64,000 nucleotides of DNA from Octopus sinensis (lineage: Eukaryota): the NCBI RefSeq assembly GCF_006345805.1, contig NC_042998.1, positions 41,106,001 to 41,170,000 of the forward strand, read 5' to 3'. Below are positions 52,201-64,000 of this stretch, piece by piece (position 1 is the first letter of the stretch; each line of letters opens with the position of its first letter). Made by a program: the position numbers and the translations under genes. The notes below the pieces were generated by a model. It had not been told where the DNA came from, ran no database searches, and saw nothing but the letters and a program-made list of their open reading frames with translations.

Positions 52201-54039
52201 GAACATCCACTAACCATTCCCTATTCTAGCAGTTATGCCTTAACTACAGCCACTCCCAGAACTAATTATTAGATCACCTAGGTAACAAACAATCAACAGC
52301 ATTCAGAAGTGAGCTGTCTGACTACCTCATGGATTACATTTCGTAGGTGCCCCCTACTGCTAGCTACAACTGTACATTTAGAACATCAAAAGCCCTGGTT
52401 CTCTGTCAGACTGCCAGAGATCCCCGTGCATCTTGTTTACCCATTGTTTGCACTGATTATGGAGTATTGAGTTTCTGCCGACCCCCTTCTTACACATTGA
52501 GCAAAACACTGGTGTATGTACTTTCTTTTAGTAATTAGCATGTTGGTCTTTGCTATGTTAACCATTAGGTTATTAGTGGTTATTTTATAATTGCTAGAAC
52601 CAAGATCTTAACTCAGAATGCAGGGAAAATAAATCCTGTAAGATATTTAATTCTCTGCTATTCTTTTTCTGCACTCTTGTATTTCTCTGTGTACTATAAT
52701 ATTATGCATGAATATAAGCTCAAATATAATATATAGTCTGAGCAGTATTCTGTAAAATTTATTAAGTGCACATATAAAATTATAGCTAGATAATTCTTGT
52801 TAGTGCTATCACAAATTCTGAACTGAAAGCAAACATACAGTATTATAAAGGCTTTGTTTTTGAAGGCGGAATTCACTGTGTGCAATTATTTGAGTTTATT
52901 TTAAATTATCTGTGCCTGTGACAAGGACTGTATGAGATGGCTAGATTAACACATTTCTAAACATGAATACACTTATTGGTAATTATTCAGGTTTTTGAAG
53001 TCTGAATCTATCTTATTTGTATCTCAAATTTGTATTTTAAAATGTGATAGACAGAAAACTGTGCTTTTTAAAAACTCTAGACATAGTTATAAACTTCTCT
53101 TTTTATAGAAAGTCTATTTCATTATGATCTTTATGCATCTTTGAAAATTGAATTAAAGTATATTGTTACAAAAACGAATGTCTTTGGAAGGAAACGTTGA
53201 ATAGAAATATTCCTGTACAATGAAAATGAATATTTTTCCAAGTGAATGCACAATCTTTGAATAACAGGACTCTAAGAGCACTTACATATATTTGATTCCC
53301 ATTCATTCTTTTCTAATTCTTTCTACTTATTAATTGAGAATACCTCAGGGAAATATTATTTCAGCTGAAGTCAAGGTATTGTATTTTATATTTCTGCAGG
53401 CTAATTCTGATGGTATGGAAATTACTATTTCTGTTAGGAAATATAGTTTATATTAGTTTCTGTTAGGCTGTTATTATTCAGGTTAAATTTCCACTTTTGA
53501 TATGTTAGCAAAATATTTTTCAGCTTAACAAATTAAAATATTCATTTAATTAAGCTGCTATTCTTGATGAGTTGCTCTGAGAAATTATGTTCCAAAGGAG
53601 GTGTTTATGATTTATCATTTTTGCAAGTAGCTTTCTCTTTGAATTGATTTTATTTATGTCATGACTTTTGTGAAGGCTAGAAATGTTTTATGTATATTTT
53701 TCAGGGTTTTGAAATGTTTCGATAAGTTAAATAATAAAAAAGTATTCTCAGTTTGAAAATGTGAAGGAAAAAGAACAGAAATATCTGTGAAATAATTTAT
53801 TTAAGCCGCAGAAATTATGCTCTCCCTTTCCTATCAGAATTGTTTTGAGTTACAGAAAACACTTCTACTTACCAAAGGGCTTTTGCAAAGTTACATATAA
53901 AACTCAAACTACTCTAACTAACCATTCATAAAATGTAATTCAGTATTTGAGATGAAAAGAAATATTGAGCACAATGTACATGAAATTTTTTTTAATAAAA
54001 TTTTAGTATTATAGGAAGTATCATTACCCATTGTAACAT

Positions 54040-55430
54040 GTTCAGTCCTTTAATGTATGCAGTATATCAAGGGTAAGTCATCCATTTCTAAGATATATTT
54101 ATCAAGAATGGCTGGTGTAGTGATTGACTTGTGCAAAAAATACCCAAGTGAAATTTCCCCTTTAAATGGAGAAATGAAACACGTTTGAATCACCACATAT
54201 GGGGTGGCGTTGTAGTCTGCTACAGTGCATCCATCCTGAAATGGACACAAGTGGAGATTAACCAACTCAATCGCACTACCCAAAAGACAATGACAATACA
54301 TGGTGCCCTACATCCCAAGGTGAACGTACACAGGCTTTACATCAACAGGTGTAAAGGTGGATGTGGGGCTGATTAGCATACAGGAGTGCATCAACAGTGA
54401 AAGAAAAAACATGGCAGAATATTTGGTAAACAGCAAACAAGACCTGCTACAATATGCTACTAATGCAGAAGTATTTACCAAAAATGGACTTGAGAGTGCT
54501 TATGAATTCCAGTCACAAATAGCCAATGAGAGAGAAAAAACCCTACTTTGCATTGAATTATATGGTCAATTCCACCATGATACTGACAAATTAAAAGATC
54601 AGGAAGAACCATGGAAGTGGCTCAGCAAGGGTGCCCTAAAAAGGAAGATTGAAAACCTAATCATTGCTGCCTAGGACCAGGCATTGAATACCAACTGAGT
54701 GAAAAGGGATATATACCACACAAATGCAATGAACCACTGCAGTGTGTGTGGGAAGAGGGTAGAAAACATGACTCACATTATTAGTGCTTGTGAAAGTCTT
54801 GCACTGAAAGAGTTTAAGTGCAAACATGACAAGGTAACCCAAAACCATTATTGGCTACTATGCCAAAAGTATGGATATGAGGTTATGGGTGCTTGGTACA
54901 TACACCGGAAAAGGTAATGGACGAAAAGGGGAAGGCAAAAATCCTCTGGGGCTTTGGCTTCCAGACAAACAAGGTGTTAGAGCACCAAAGGCCAGATATA
55001 GTAACCTTTAGGAGAGAAAGACAAGAGTGCCTAATAATCGATGTGGCAGTGCCAGATCAACATATTATCATGAAAGAAAGAGATAAGATTGATAAATATG
55101 GAGACCTGAGAATTGAGATTGCCAAGATGTGGCAGCTATGAGAGTCAGACATAAAAGTTGTCCTTATTGTCATCGGAGCATTGGTTTCAATACCACCCAA
55201 CCTGAAATAACATCTGGAAACTATAGAAATACCTTACAAACTAGGTGTATTGCAAAAATCAGCTAAACTTGGAACTGCACCTATATTGTGTAAAGTAGTC
55301 TGTCTGGGGTCCTTGTTGTGACTTGACAGACAGTACAAACCCCCAGTAGATACAATATCTTCAGTCAACAACATCATGCTATTGGACACTGTGTGACATC
55401 TTAAATAATAACAATAATAATAATAATAAT
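54040..55430 (+). mobile_element. R4/Dong-clade LINE 3' part (RT end, CCHC finger, restriction-like endonuclease), decayed
   Basis: LHPKVNVHRLYINRCKGG.GL, CSVCGKRVENMTHIISAC, RPDIV...CLIIDVAVP...KE.DKI.KY.DL, VIGAL, LQKSA.LGTA and a (TAA)n tail. Several stops and frameshifts. Confidence 0.9.
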
Positions 55431-55611
55431 CCTTTCTCCTAAAGGCACAAGGTTTGAAACTTGGAGATAGGGGACTTGTCGATTATATTGACCCCAGTGT
55501 ACTTAATTCATTGACCCTGAAAGTTGACCCTGGCAGAATTTGAATTCAGAACATAAGGATGGACAAAATGTCATTAAGCATTTTGCCTGATGCGCTAACA
55601 ATTCTGCCAGC
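55431..55611 (-). mobile_element. short tRNA-derived SINE with (ATT)n tail
   Basis: Reverse complement has a tRNA-like head with 'gttctgaattcaaattctgcc' and ends 'ccttgtgcctttaggagaaaggattattatt'. (TAA)n on both sides. Confidence 0.65.
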
Positions 55612-56991
55612 TAATAATAATAATAAAAGGGTTTATATATATATATATATGCACACACACACACTTACATATATACATACACACAGATAGATAGATTACT
55701 CCTGTCTAGTTCCATGGAGTGATTATACATTTGTTTCTTTCCATTAAAAATGACACTACATCTTTACAACTAACCTTACTCTTAAACAATTCCGGTCAAG
55801 TGATTTTTCAGCATTAAAATTTATTTACTTAACTCTGTTTGAAAGAAATACAACACTAATTAAGTGTAATGTGCTGATGCTGAATTTTTATTCTCTTTGT
55901 GTATTTGGATCTATTTCTGTTTTTATAATTTACTAATCTTAGACACTTCTTTTGCTTTGATACAAATATATTTTACTATTTATCTGCTTCTTTCTGATCA
56001 GCTTAGTTTATATCACCTTTGTCCTAAATTCGTTTGTAATACTCTTTCATTTACTAAGAAATTGTTTAAAAAGTAACAATACATCAGCAGCATCAGATCT
56101 TTCTATCTATTTTATCCTTTGATGTATAGAAATATATTTATATTTTGATATTTTCTAAGATTTTAGTTTTTTTTACCCTTTCATGTTGTCAACAGCATGC
56201 CTTTTATTATGCATACAGGATTTTTTATGCTATTAGCTTCAAGTGTAGAAAACTTGCACAATACATAAGAATCAAATACTGGCTGTTTGAAAGAAAAAAA
56301 ATAAATAACCCTTTTTTTTTTATGTCTGTCTTCATATATTGTAATGGAAATTATCATTATCACCATCTTACATCTATTTTCTTTGTTGGCATTGTTTGGA
56401 CAGATCATCACAGTGAAAAATAGTTCTTATTCAAAATTACTGCCCTTCCAGACAGATCAGGTGACCATGTCTTGTTCATACATTTCATTTTGGCTTAGTT
56501 TCTATGGCAGGATGCCCTTCCTAACACCAGTTTATGGAGGTGAATTTTATTGAGACACTAGTATTAGAGAGGTAATTGTGTTCTTGACAAGACTAAACTA
56601 TCCTCTGCTTCTTCATTAACAAGTGACCTAGAAAGAGTATTTGAAGTACATCTGGTACTATCATTTATGCAGAGGCATCATGACAGGCAAGAGAAGTAAG
56701 GTGATAAGGATGGTGGTTGTTGGAGGGAGGAGGTAAATATAGGTAGGTCCAGTATTATTGCTAATGATATGAGCAACATGGTAGAGTGAGTGAAATGAAG
56801 AAAGGGTGAATGACATAGAGATGAAAGGTACCAAAGAGGTGGGTGATGCTGCATATGTAGACCTAACAGACATATTGAATAACAACCCCAGCTGTAGATA
56901 TATGTTGATACAGTTTGGTGATAAACTAATATACTTGGTTTTCTCTGAACGCTGGTATAACCTGGTGAACTAGGATGCTCACATCCCTTAA

Positions 56992-57195
56992 CCCATTCGT
57001 TACCAACCCGGCTGAAACTGTCTCTGGCTCTGAGTACAAATGTATTGTTTTTCATAAATTTTGAATTAAAATCTTCCACCAAACGTTAATCACAATTTAT
57101 GTTCCTAACACTAGCTGAATGATAACTGCTTTATTATATTTAAAGTAACTGAAAGAAACACAGAGCATCTCAAAATGAATACAGTAATGAAAGGG
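56992..57195. mobile_element. piggyBac-type MITE (204 bp)
   Basis: TTAA on both flanks (56988-56991, 57196-57199). TIRs cccattcgttac and ccctttcattac (10/12 match). Confidence 0.8.
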
Positions 57196-57280
57196 TTAAG
57201 GGACTTTAGTTCCTTGACTAATTAAATGAAATTGAGTTATATATAAATATATATCATCATCATCCAGTTTTGGGCATTTT

Positions 57281-57333
<53 letters not shown>

Positions 57334-57335
57334 TA

Positions 57336-57378
<43 letters not shown>

Positions 57379-57380
<2 letters not shown>

Positions 57381-57712
57381 CATGGGTGTGTATTAAGAAG
57401 CTTGCTTCCAAACAACTTGGTTCCAGGTTCAGTCTCACTGTGTGGCACCTTGGGCAAGTGACTTCTACTGTAGCCTTGAACTGACCAAAGCCTTGTGTGT
57501 GAATTTGGTAGAAAGAAACCTATCATATATGTGTGTGTCTGTGTTTGTCTGCCACCACTGCATGACAACTGGTGCTAATATGTTTATGTCCCCATAACTT
57601 AGCGGTTCAGCAAAAGAGACCAATAAAATACGTACTGGTGTCAATTCATTCGACTAAAAAGTTCTCCCAGGTGGTGCCCCAGCCACGGTCTAATGACTGA
57701 AGCTAGTAAAAG
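57379..57712 (+). mobile_element. tRNA-derived SINE
   Basis: Same architecture as the 4501 family and starts immediately after a long (TA)n. Confidence 0.8.
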
Positions 57713-57729
57713 AAAATATAAAAGATATA

Positions 57730-58946
57730 TTTGGTTGTTTCACATGAAATATCGCATTTTTAATTGTTATTTCAGTCATTTAAAAGCTCAATTATCTATA
57801 CCTTGCATTTAATCTTGACCCTTTTTCTTTCCCAACAATATTGGTAAACAAAATTCGTACCTATAGACCTTATAAAAATGGTAACAACCAAGCTATGTTG
57901 AATGATTTTCTCGTATGAGTACAAACTGAGTCACTCTGCCACAGAAGCTCTACGGAATATCAAGTGGGTCTTTGATAATGGTTTTGTTGACATCAGAACT
58001 GTTCAGATTGGTTCCAAAGCTCTTGTTTAGGAGATGATAGCTTTGAAAAATAAACCAAGGTGTAAGCCAAAATCAGTTTTTGGCATGATGGATTAAATGC
58101 TTTGGTTGAACAAAATCTGAGAGCAAAGGTTTGAAAACTTTCATCATAACTCCAAACATTTCTTTTTGGACACTGTAAAAAATTGGTAAAGTCAAGAAAA
58201 TCGATAGGTTTGTTCCACATCGACTGAACGAGATTAAAAAATAACAGGCACCTCAAAGTGTGCTCTTTATTGCTTTCTCGATTGGAAAAAGACCAATTTT
58301 GCATCAAATTATTACTTGTGATGAGAAATGGATACTCTTTGGCAACAGCAAGTGAACAGGATAGTGAGAGTCACCTAAACAATACCCAAACCCACTATTG
58401 CACCCTAAAAAGTTAGTGGTCACTGTATGGTGGTCTGCAAAGGGAGTTATTCATTATTCATTTTTGCAACAAGGAAAAACAGTAACAGCAACATCATATT
58501 GCCAGGAAATTGATTGTATGCATGAGTATTTGAAAAAGAAGCAACCCAGACTAGTGAATAGAGGTTGCCCAATTTTGCTCCACAACAATGCACTCCTCAA
58601 GCTACAGGCCAAAAGTTGCAAAGCCTGAATTATGGGATTTTGCAGCATCCTCCCTATTCCCCTAATATCTCTCCTACTGATCATCCCTTATTAAAGCATT
58701 TTGAGCTTTTCATAATCAATAAAACATTCTTAGATAGAGAAGAGGTAATTACAGCATTCAGACAGTTTTTCTTGCAGCAAAAGATGAATTTTTTCTTAAA
58801 GATGGAATATATGACATAGAGAAACATTGGGTAAACATCATAAATGAACATGGATCATACTTTGATTAAATAAATCAGTTCTCTAGCACTTCTAAAACAT
58901 TTTATTGTTACCTTTCAAATATGACATTTCATGTGAAACAACCTAA
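57730..58946 (+). mobile_element. mariner (DD34D) transposon, near full length, dead
   Basis: TA flanks and TIRs tttggttgtttcacatgaaat / ttaggttgtttcacatgaaat. Motifs TCDEKW, LHPKKLVVTVWW, LLHNNA (second D mutated) and HPPYSPNISPTD. Frameshifts and stops. Confidence 0.95.
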
Positions 58947-59059
58947 TATATAGATTAGATAGGTATACATACACACTCACACACACACACATATTTTTAC
59001 TTCCTCTCCTCTTACTACTACTGTTTTTAACTTTTGTTTCAGCATTCTTGTATGAAGGG

Positions 59060-59400
59060 GCATATCTTCGTTCAGTATTGTGTGTTAATAGTCATCATAA
59101 CCCATTCTTAACACTTCCACAAGGCTCATCTTCCTGAAATTTGTCTTCACCACTCCATCCTAATCATCTTGAGTTTCCCCTCTTCCATTGACTTTGCTCA
59201 TTTGAGCACCCTGCACTTTTTTAATTCTCTATCCTCCATATGCATCAGGTGCCCATACAAGCAGTCTTCTCTTTTGCACACTACATCTGATATCACTTAT
59301 ACCCAGTTTTTCTTCCAGGTCATTTGTGTTGCTATTCAGGCACACTAATACTACACATATGGCTGAGCACACTTGCTTCATTTGTTTCTGGCCTTTGTAA
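59060..59400 (-). mobile_element. decayed RTE ORF2 C-terminal fragment
   Basis: Minus strand reads LEEKLGISDIRCSVQKRRL, the decayed equivalent of LREKLNLRSVCCGVQERRLRW at 47210-47270. Confidence 0.65.
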
Positions 59401-61186
59401 TTTCTCTGTGTACAAGACCCACATCTCATTATCATGCAACATCACATTTAATACATTATATGATCTATCCTTCATGCTGGGAGAAACCCTTCATTACCTG
59501 CAGATCTGTGAAATTTTTCTTATCTGTTCTTAAGTTTTTATTCTGGCTATTATAACATCTACTAATTAGGTCACCTAGGTAACAATTTTAATATTTCATG
59601 TTGATATGTTAGTCTGTTGCTTATATATTCAGTTTTACACACAATACACACACACATGTTACTCAAGTAAATTTGAACTGTTTAAAAAATGTTCATTTAG
59701 ATCAAGAAATTCTTGCTGTGAAAGGCATATATCCAAATGCTCTTTCTACTTGTAGTTCAATTCATAAGAAATAAATAAAAGAACACTTTTACAATCTGAA
59801 TTTTCCATTGTAAATAAGATAGTAGTAGTGTGTATAATTTATGTTCATTTTCAAAATTGTTTATCAGATTTTATTTTATTTTATTTATTTACTTTTTGAT
59901 CCCAAATAATATCTACTATCTTGTGTTTGTGGAATAATGCCAAAATATTACATTTAATTATCACTTTTTATATAGATTTAAGAGAAAACACTTGGAAACC
60001 TCTTTGCTTATATAAATAACTATTGGTTACCATGCCAACGAGAAAGTAAGCAGAGTAAATTGACTACAATTTTTAAAAAAATACAAAATACTTAGCCTGC
60101 AAAGAAGAAATACCTTTTTTTTTTCTTTTTTCTTTTTTTACTTAAGACATATGGGTTTAAAATTTTCTTGTAGTTATCTTCTGTGCTCTGAATAATTTCA
60201 TCATCTGTTCCAAATTTGTAAATTTGTGTTAAGATGGCTGGAAGATCTATTCTAAAACAATGCTCTTTTGAATTAAATAAGTTTCTGTATGATATAACAT
60301 TAACTGAACTTTCATAAAATACTTATAAAAAGAGAAATTTCCAACAGACTCATTTTATTTTTGTAATTATTAGTGCAAGGAGGAAGCCCAGAAGAAATAG
60401 TTTATTCAGGTAGTTTATTTAGGCCTTCCTAAGCTATCAGAGTCATATAGTTGAGAGAAACAGGAATGAATGTTAGAACAGTTAATGCTTATTTTGAACT
60501 GTTGTTAATTAATTCAATGTACTTCTAGGAAAGTAATGGGCATAACATTTAGTACTCTTGATTATAAAATAAGGCACAGTGTTGATAGGAAAAGGGTGAC
60601 TGGTAATAAGATGGAAATAGGATTAAGAAAGTATATTCAAAGGGCTAGATGTGTTTTAGTAACTTTAGACATAAATATCTCAAATTTAAAGTTTTGAAGA
60701 AGTCAGACTAGCTTATTTATATGATTGATGATTTTTTTTTTTTTTTAGATAGTGAAGGTGGGTGGCAAAGCAAAAAATAGAGATTAGAGATGTATAACAG
60801 CTGAGCAGGTTGGCATCGAGAGGCCTCCATTTAAATTCATTGAAGAGATTGACAGCATGTGTAGATGAGTGTGTACCAGTCTTGATGTAAATTTTACTGA
60901 TGAAGTATTAGTGATTAGCAAAATCATCTTTGAGGATACAGAATCATTTACTAGTGATATATCTGAGTACTTATTTACCATGTGGACAAGTATACAATTT
61001 CATGTTTTGGAGAATATGTCTTGAGATAGTTAGATTAAATAATCGGATAAAAGTAAAATCTGATAAAAAGCATTATGTCTGATGGCTACTGGATAGACAT
61101 CAGATGCTTTGAACAGATTTTGGTGCATTTTGTAAGAATTGACTGCAAAGATGTTGATGATGTCAGAATCCATAAAAAAGATAATA

Positions 61187-62277
61187 TCAAGTCATCCCAT
61201 AAGTTCTGTCCAATTTTACCTTTTTTTAAAATTGAATGAAATTTAATAGTATTTTAGAATGTCTAATGGAATTAAAAATTATTTTTATGCATTTGTGTAC
61301 ATTGAATGAAAGAACTTGCAGAAGATGGTTTGCAAAATTTAGAAGTGGAGATTTCAGCCTTGAAGAGGAAGATCGAACAGGACGTCCAGTTGAGTTTGAT
61401 GATAAGCTCCTTGAAGCATTACTTGAAGAAAATCCTGCATTATAAGTTGAAGAATTGGCAATAAAGCTTACTCAAACCATTCAACTGTTCATTGTCATCT
61501 TCAACAACTTGGAAAGGTTCCTAAACTTGGAAAATGGGTGCCTCATGAATTGTTCAAAAGCAACTGCAAATCCCAAGTTAACATCTGCTTTTCTCTCCAT
61601 TCTTGCAAACTCATTCCACCCTTTTTGGTTAGACTTATGACTGGTGACACAAAATGAATCTTCTGTCGAAATGTTAAACGTCATAAACAGTGGCTTGGTA
61701 AAAGGGGAAAAGCTCAACCACAACCGAGAAGGGAACTTCATGGAAAAAAGGTTCTTCTCTCTGTCTGGTGGGATTGCAAAGGAGTAATTCACTTTGAATT
61801 GTTACCACCTAATGCAACAATCAATGCTCAAATCTACTGTCAGCAATTAGAGCGTTTGAGCCAAGCTTTGAAGGAAAAAAGACCCTCTTTAGTGAATCAA
61901 AAAGGAAAATGTGCAACCCCACACTGCAAAGATCACATCACAGAAGATTGAAGAGCTTGGTTGGGAAAAAATTCCTCATTCACCTTATTCTCTTGACCTT
62001 GCTCCTTCAGACTACCATTTGTTTCATAGTTTACAGAGTCATTTGGGGGGACATAACTTTTGTAAGCCAGGAGGAGGTCGAAACTGACATTTCAGAGTTC
62101 TTCGCTTTGAAACCAAAAGAGTTTTACATTGATGTGATTAAAAAGCTTGTAAATAGATGGAAGGAAGTCATAGATAATCAGGGAAAGTACATTGATGATT
62201 AAATTTCAATTAAATATAACATTTGATCACTTGTTTTCTTTATTCAAAATACGGCTAGAACTTATGGGATGACCTGA
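61187..62277 (+). mobile_element. second mariner family, internally deleted, dead
   Basis: TA flanks and TIRs tcaagtcatcccataagttct / tcaggtcatcccataagttct. Motifs RWFAKFRSGDFSLEEEDRTGRP, WVPHEL, TGDTK and YSLDLAPSDYHLF. Confidence 0.95.
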
Positions 62278-63389
62278 TAGTTGATAGCTGATGTATTCAC
62301 TTTTCAATGTGACTGTCATAAAGCTAGCTACCAAGATCAAGATGCAGAAGTTTGGATGATTCCACAAAGATTGTTTCTATGCTTTCCAATTATTTGTTAT
62401 TTTTTACTTTTCATCTCATTATTATTTATAATTTTGTATCAGTATATTTTCTTGACTGCTTTGTGATTATTTTTGCTGATCTAGTTGTAGCTACATATCG
62501 TAAGGTTCAGTATGAAAATCATATAAAGTTTTAGAAAGTATAATTATATAAATAACTGAGTTTATTCAACTATTTAAATTTTATGATTTATGATTTGTTT
62601 TATTTTGTCTTAAATTTAATAAATCTTTTCTTTAGACTGGATTCAAAGTGGATAATGAAATAAAAGAATATAATTGATTTTTAAAAACCCATATTGTTTG
62701 TTTTGTAAAATTACATGAAATCTTTCTTAAATTTATTCATAATCCTATTATTTTGCCAGTCACATTTAGGATTTGTTAATTATAATGAAGTATATTATTC
62801 TTACTTATTTCAATTTCAAAGTGAAATGAAGTTTATGTTGGATTTTTTTTATATTCCTTACACACATTTTTTCACTTTGCTGTCCATTGCCACTTAGACA
62901 CTTATAATGCTGCACTTATAGTATAAATTATCATCACAATTTCAAACAGATTTCTTTTGTAATATGGGTTTTCTATTCTGACTTGTGTAATTGATTTTTT
63001 AGAACAGAGTTATGCAATGATCTCTTCATATTTCATGATATGAATTTGAATCTAGCCAAAATCGCTTCAAAGAAATAGCTCCATTAAAAATATATTGAGA
63101 AATCTAATGTCAATTTCTATGTAGAGTTTCTGGCAAATCAAGTTTGCAACTGAGGTTTCACCTCATAGAAGCCATTTCGCTTCATTTATGCAAAAATGTC
63201 ACATTACATCAAATATATCCTTCTCTATAAAACTAAAGTACTGTGGTTATTTTAGCAGTTGTTATTTAAAATATAGGATGAAAGATTTCAAAACATTATT
63301 TCATCTTCTCCTCAAAATAAAAGCATACTTTTAATTATATGCTTTTGAAGAAATATGTTTTAGTCTGAATAATTTTTCTTCTATTTTAG

Positions 63390-63521
63390 GAAGTAGATGA
63401 AGAACTTAATACATTGGTGCCTAAAGTAAGCCAGCTAGTTAAGAAAGGAGATTACATTATAAAGCATCTAGATGATGAAGAGAAAATTAGGAAAGTTAAG
63501 AGACTGAGAGACCAATTACAG
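63390..63521 (+). CDS. DMD: dystrophin internal exon C (44 aa, spectrin helix B-C; equivalent to human exon 39)
   Basis: Acceptor tttcttctattttag, donor CAG|gtaaaa, phase 0-0. EVDEELNTLVPKVSQLVKKGDYIIKHLDDEEKIRKVKRLRDQLQ aligns with recalled human EGTVKELLQRGDNLQQRITDERKREEIKIKQQLLQ. Absent from the ORF track because it lacks a start codon. Confidence 0.85.
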
Positions 63522-63994
63522 GTAAAAATCAGTAATTAATAATATTTATTGTCTTCATTATTTATTTCAGTTATTTTATTTTTTTATTTTTTTATAAAGC
63601 TTTACTAAAAATGTAGAAAAAAGATGAGTGATGCAATGACAAAATTTTTACCTGGCATGTTGGCTGAAAATACAGAAGGGAATTGATGAAGGGTAAAATT
63701 GTGCAATAGATTATGTTAAAGAATGTGTTTTCCTATATTATATAACACTTTTCATGTGCATGGTTCATGGAAACAGGAATTTAAAAACAAAACGATTGTA
63801 TTTGCTAAGTGCCTAAAATTGAAAAGTATTTGGGAAAAGAGATTTTACATTTGATACTCTATACTGAATTGGTCCTAAATTTACAAAATGTTTTATGGAA
63901 ATCCATATTAAAGGAGTTCTGTACACAATTTCTTACTTAACAAACTAAAGCTAATAAAATCTATTGCTTACTTACACAATTTGCATGTTTTTAG

Positions 63995-64000
63995 GAGACG
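63995..64000 (+). CDS. DMD: possible first two codons (ET) of the next dystrophin exon, cut by the window edge
   Basis: gcatgtttttag|GAGACG with cttac branch-like motifs upstream. Phase 0 is compatible with exon C and implies a 473-bp intron. Only 6 nt are visible. Confidence 0.35.

Noticed and set aside
57730-58946. SETMAR-like domesticated gene
   Set aside because: It has TIRs and TA flanks, no SET domain, a mutated catalytic D and frameshifts, so it is an ordinary dead mariner.
52261-59585. Shared motif actaatta..tcacctaggtaacaa at 52261-52288 and 59561-59585
   Set aside because: Only 15 bp are identical and both copies sit next to LINE remnants, so it is most likely a fragment of a dispersed repeat.
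62636-62680. Acceptor-like tttctttag followed by a short reading (DWIQSG or TGFKVDNEIKEYN)
   Set aside because: Stops follow within a few codons and there is no convincing donor.

Overview
AT-rich eukaryotic genomic DNA, most likely an octopus: its tRNA-headed SINEs, (GAT)n-tailed RTE LINEs and TTAA MITEs resemble coleoid repeats I recall. No prokaryotic features are present. The window is an internal part of one very large + strand gene, dystrophin. It has three short phase-0 exons with canonical splice sites (18902-19060, 36976-37215, 63390-63521) that encode spectrin-repeat sequence aligning with human DMD exons 37-39 as I recall them, and possibly a fourth exon starting at 63995. The introns (>18.9 kb, 17.9 kb, 26.2 kb) hold dead transposons: RTE, CR1-like, I/Jockey-like and R4/Dong LINEs, several SINEs, two mariners, a Tc1/maT-like element, pogo fragments, two piggyBac-type MITEs and a Penelope-like end with a decayed hammerhead motif. 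Most ORF-track entries are microsatellite or transposon noise. The main leads are an SVA-like composite retroelement carrying a 91-bp minisatellite, a frame-complementing microexon pair, a CpG cluster next to an apparent 8.5-kb transposon desert, the hammerhead motif, and a coding-like pseudo-exon with only TAG/TGA stops. All homology calls come from motif recognition by eye and from memory, not from database searches. Transposon boundaries without TIRs or tails are approximate.
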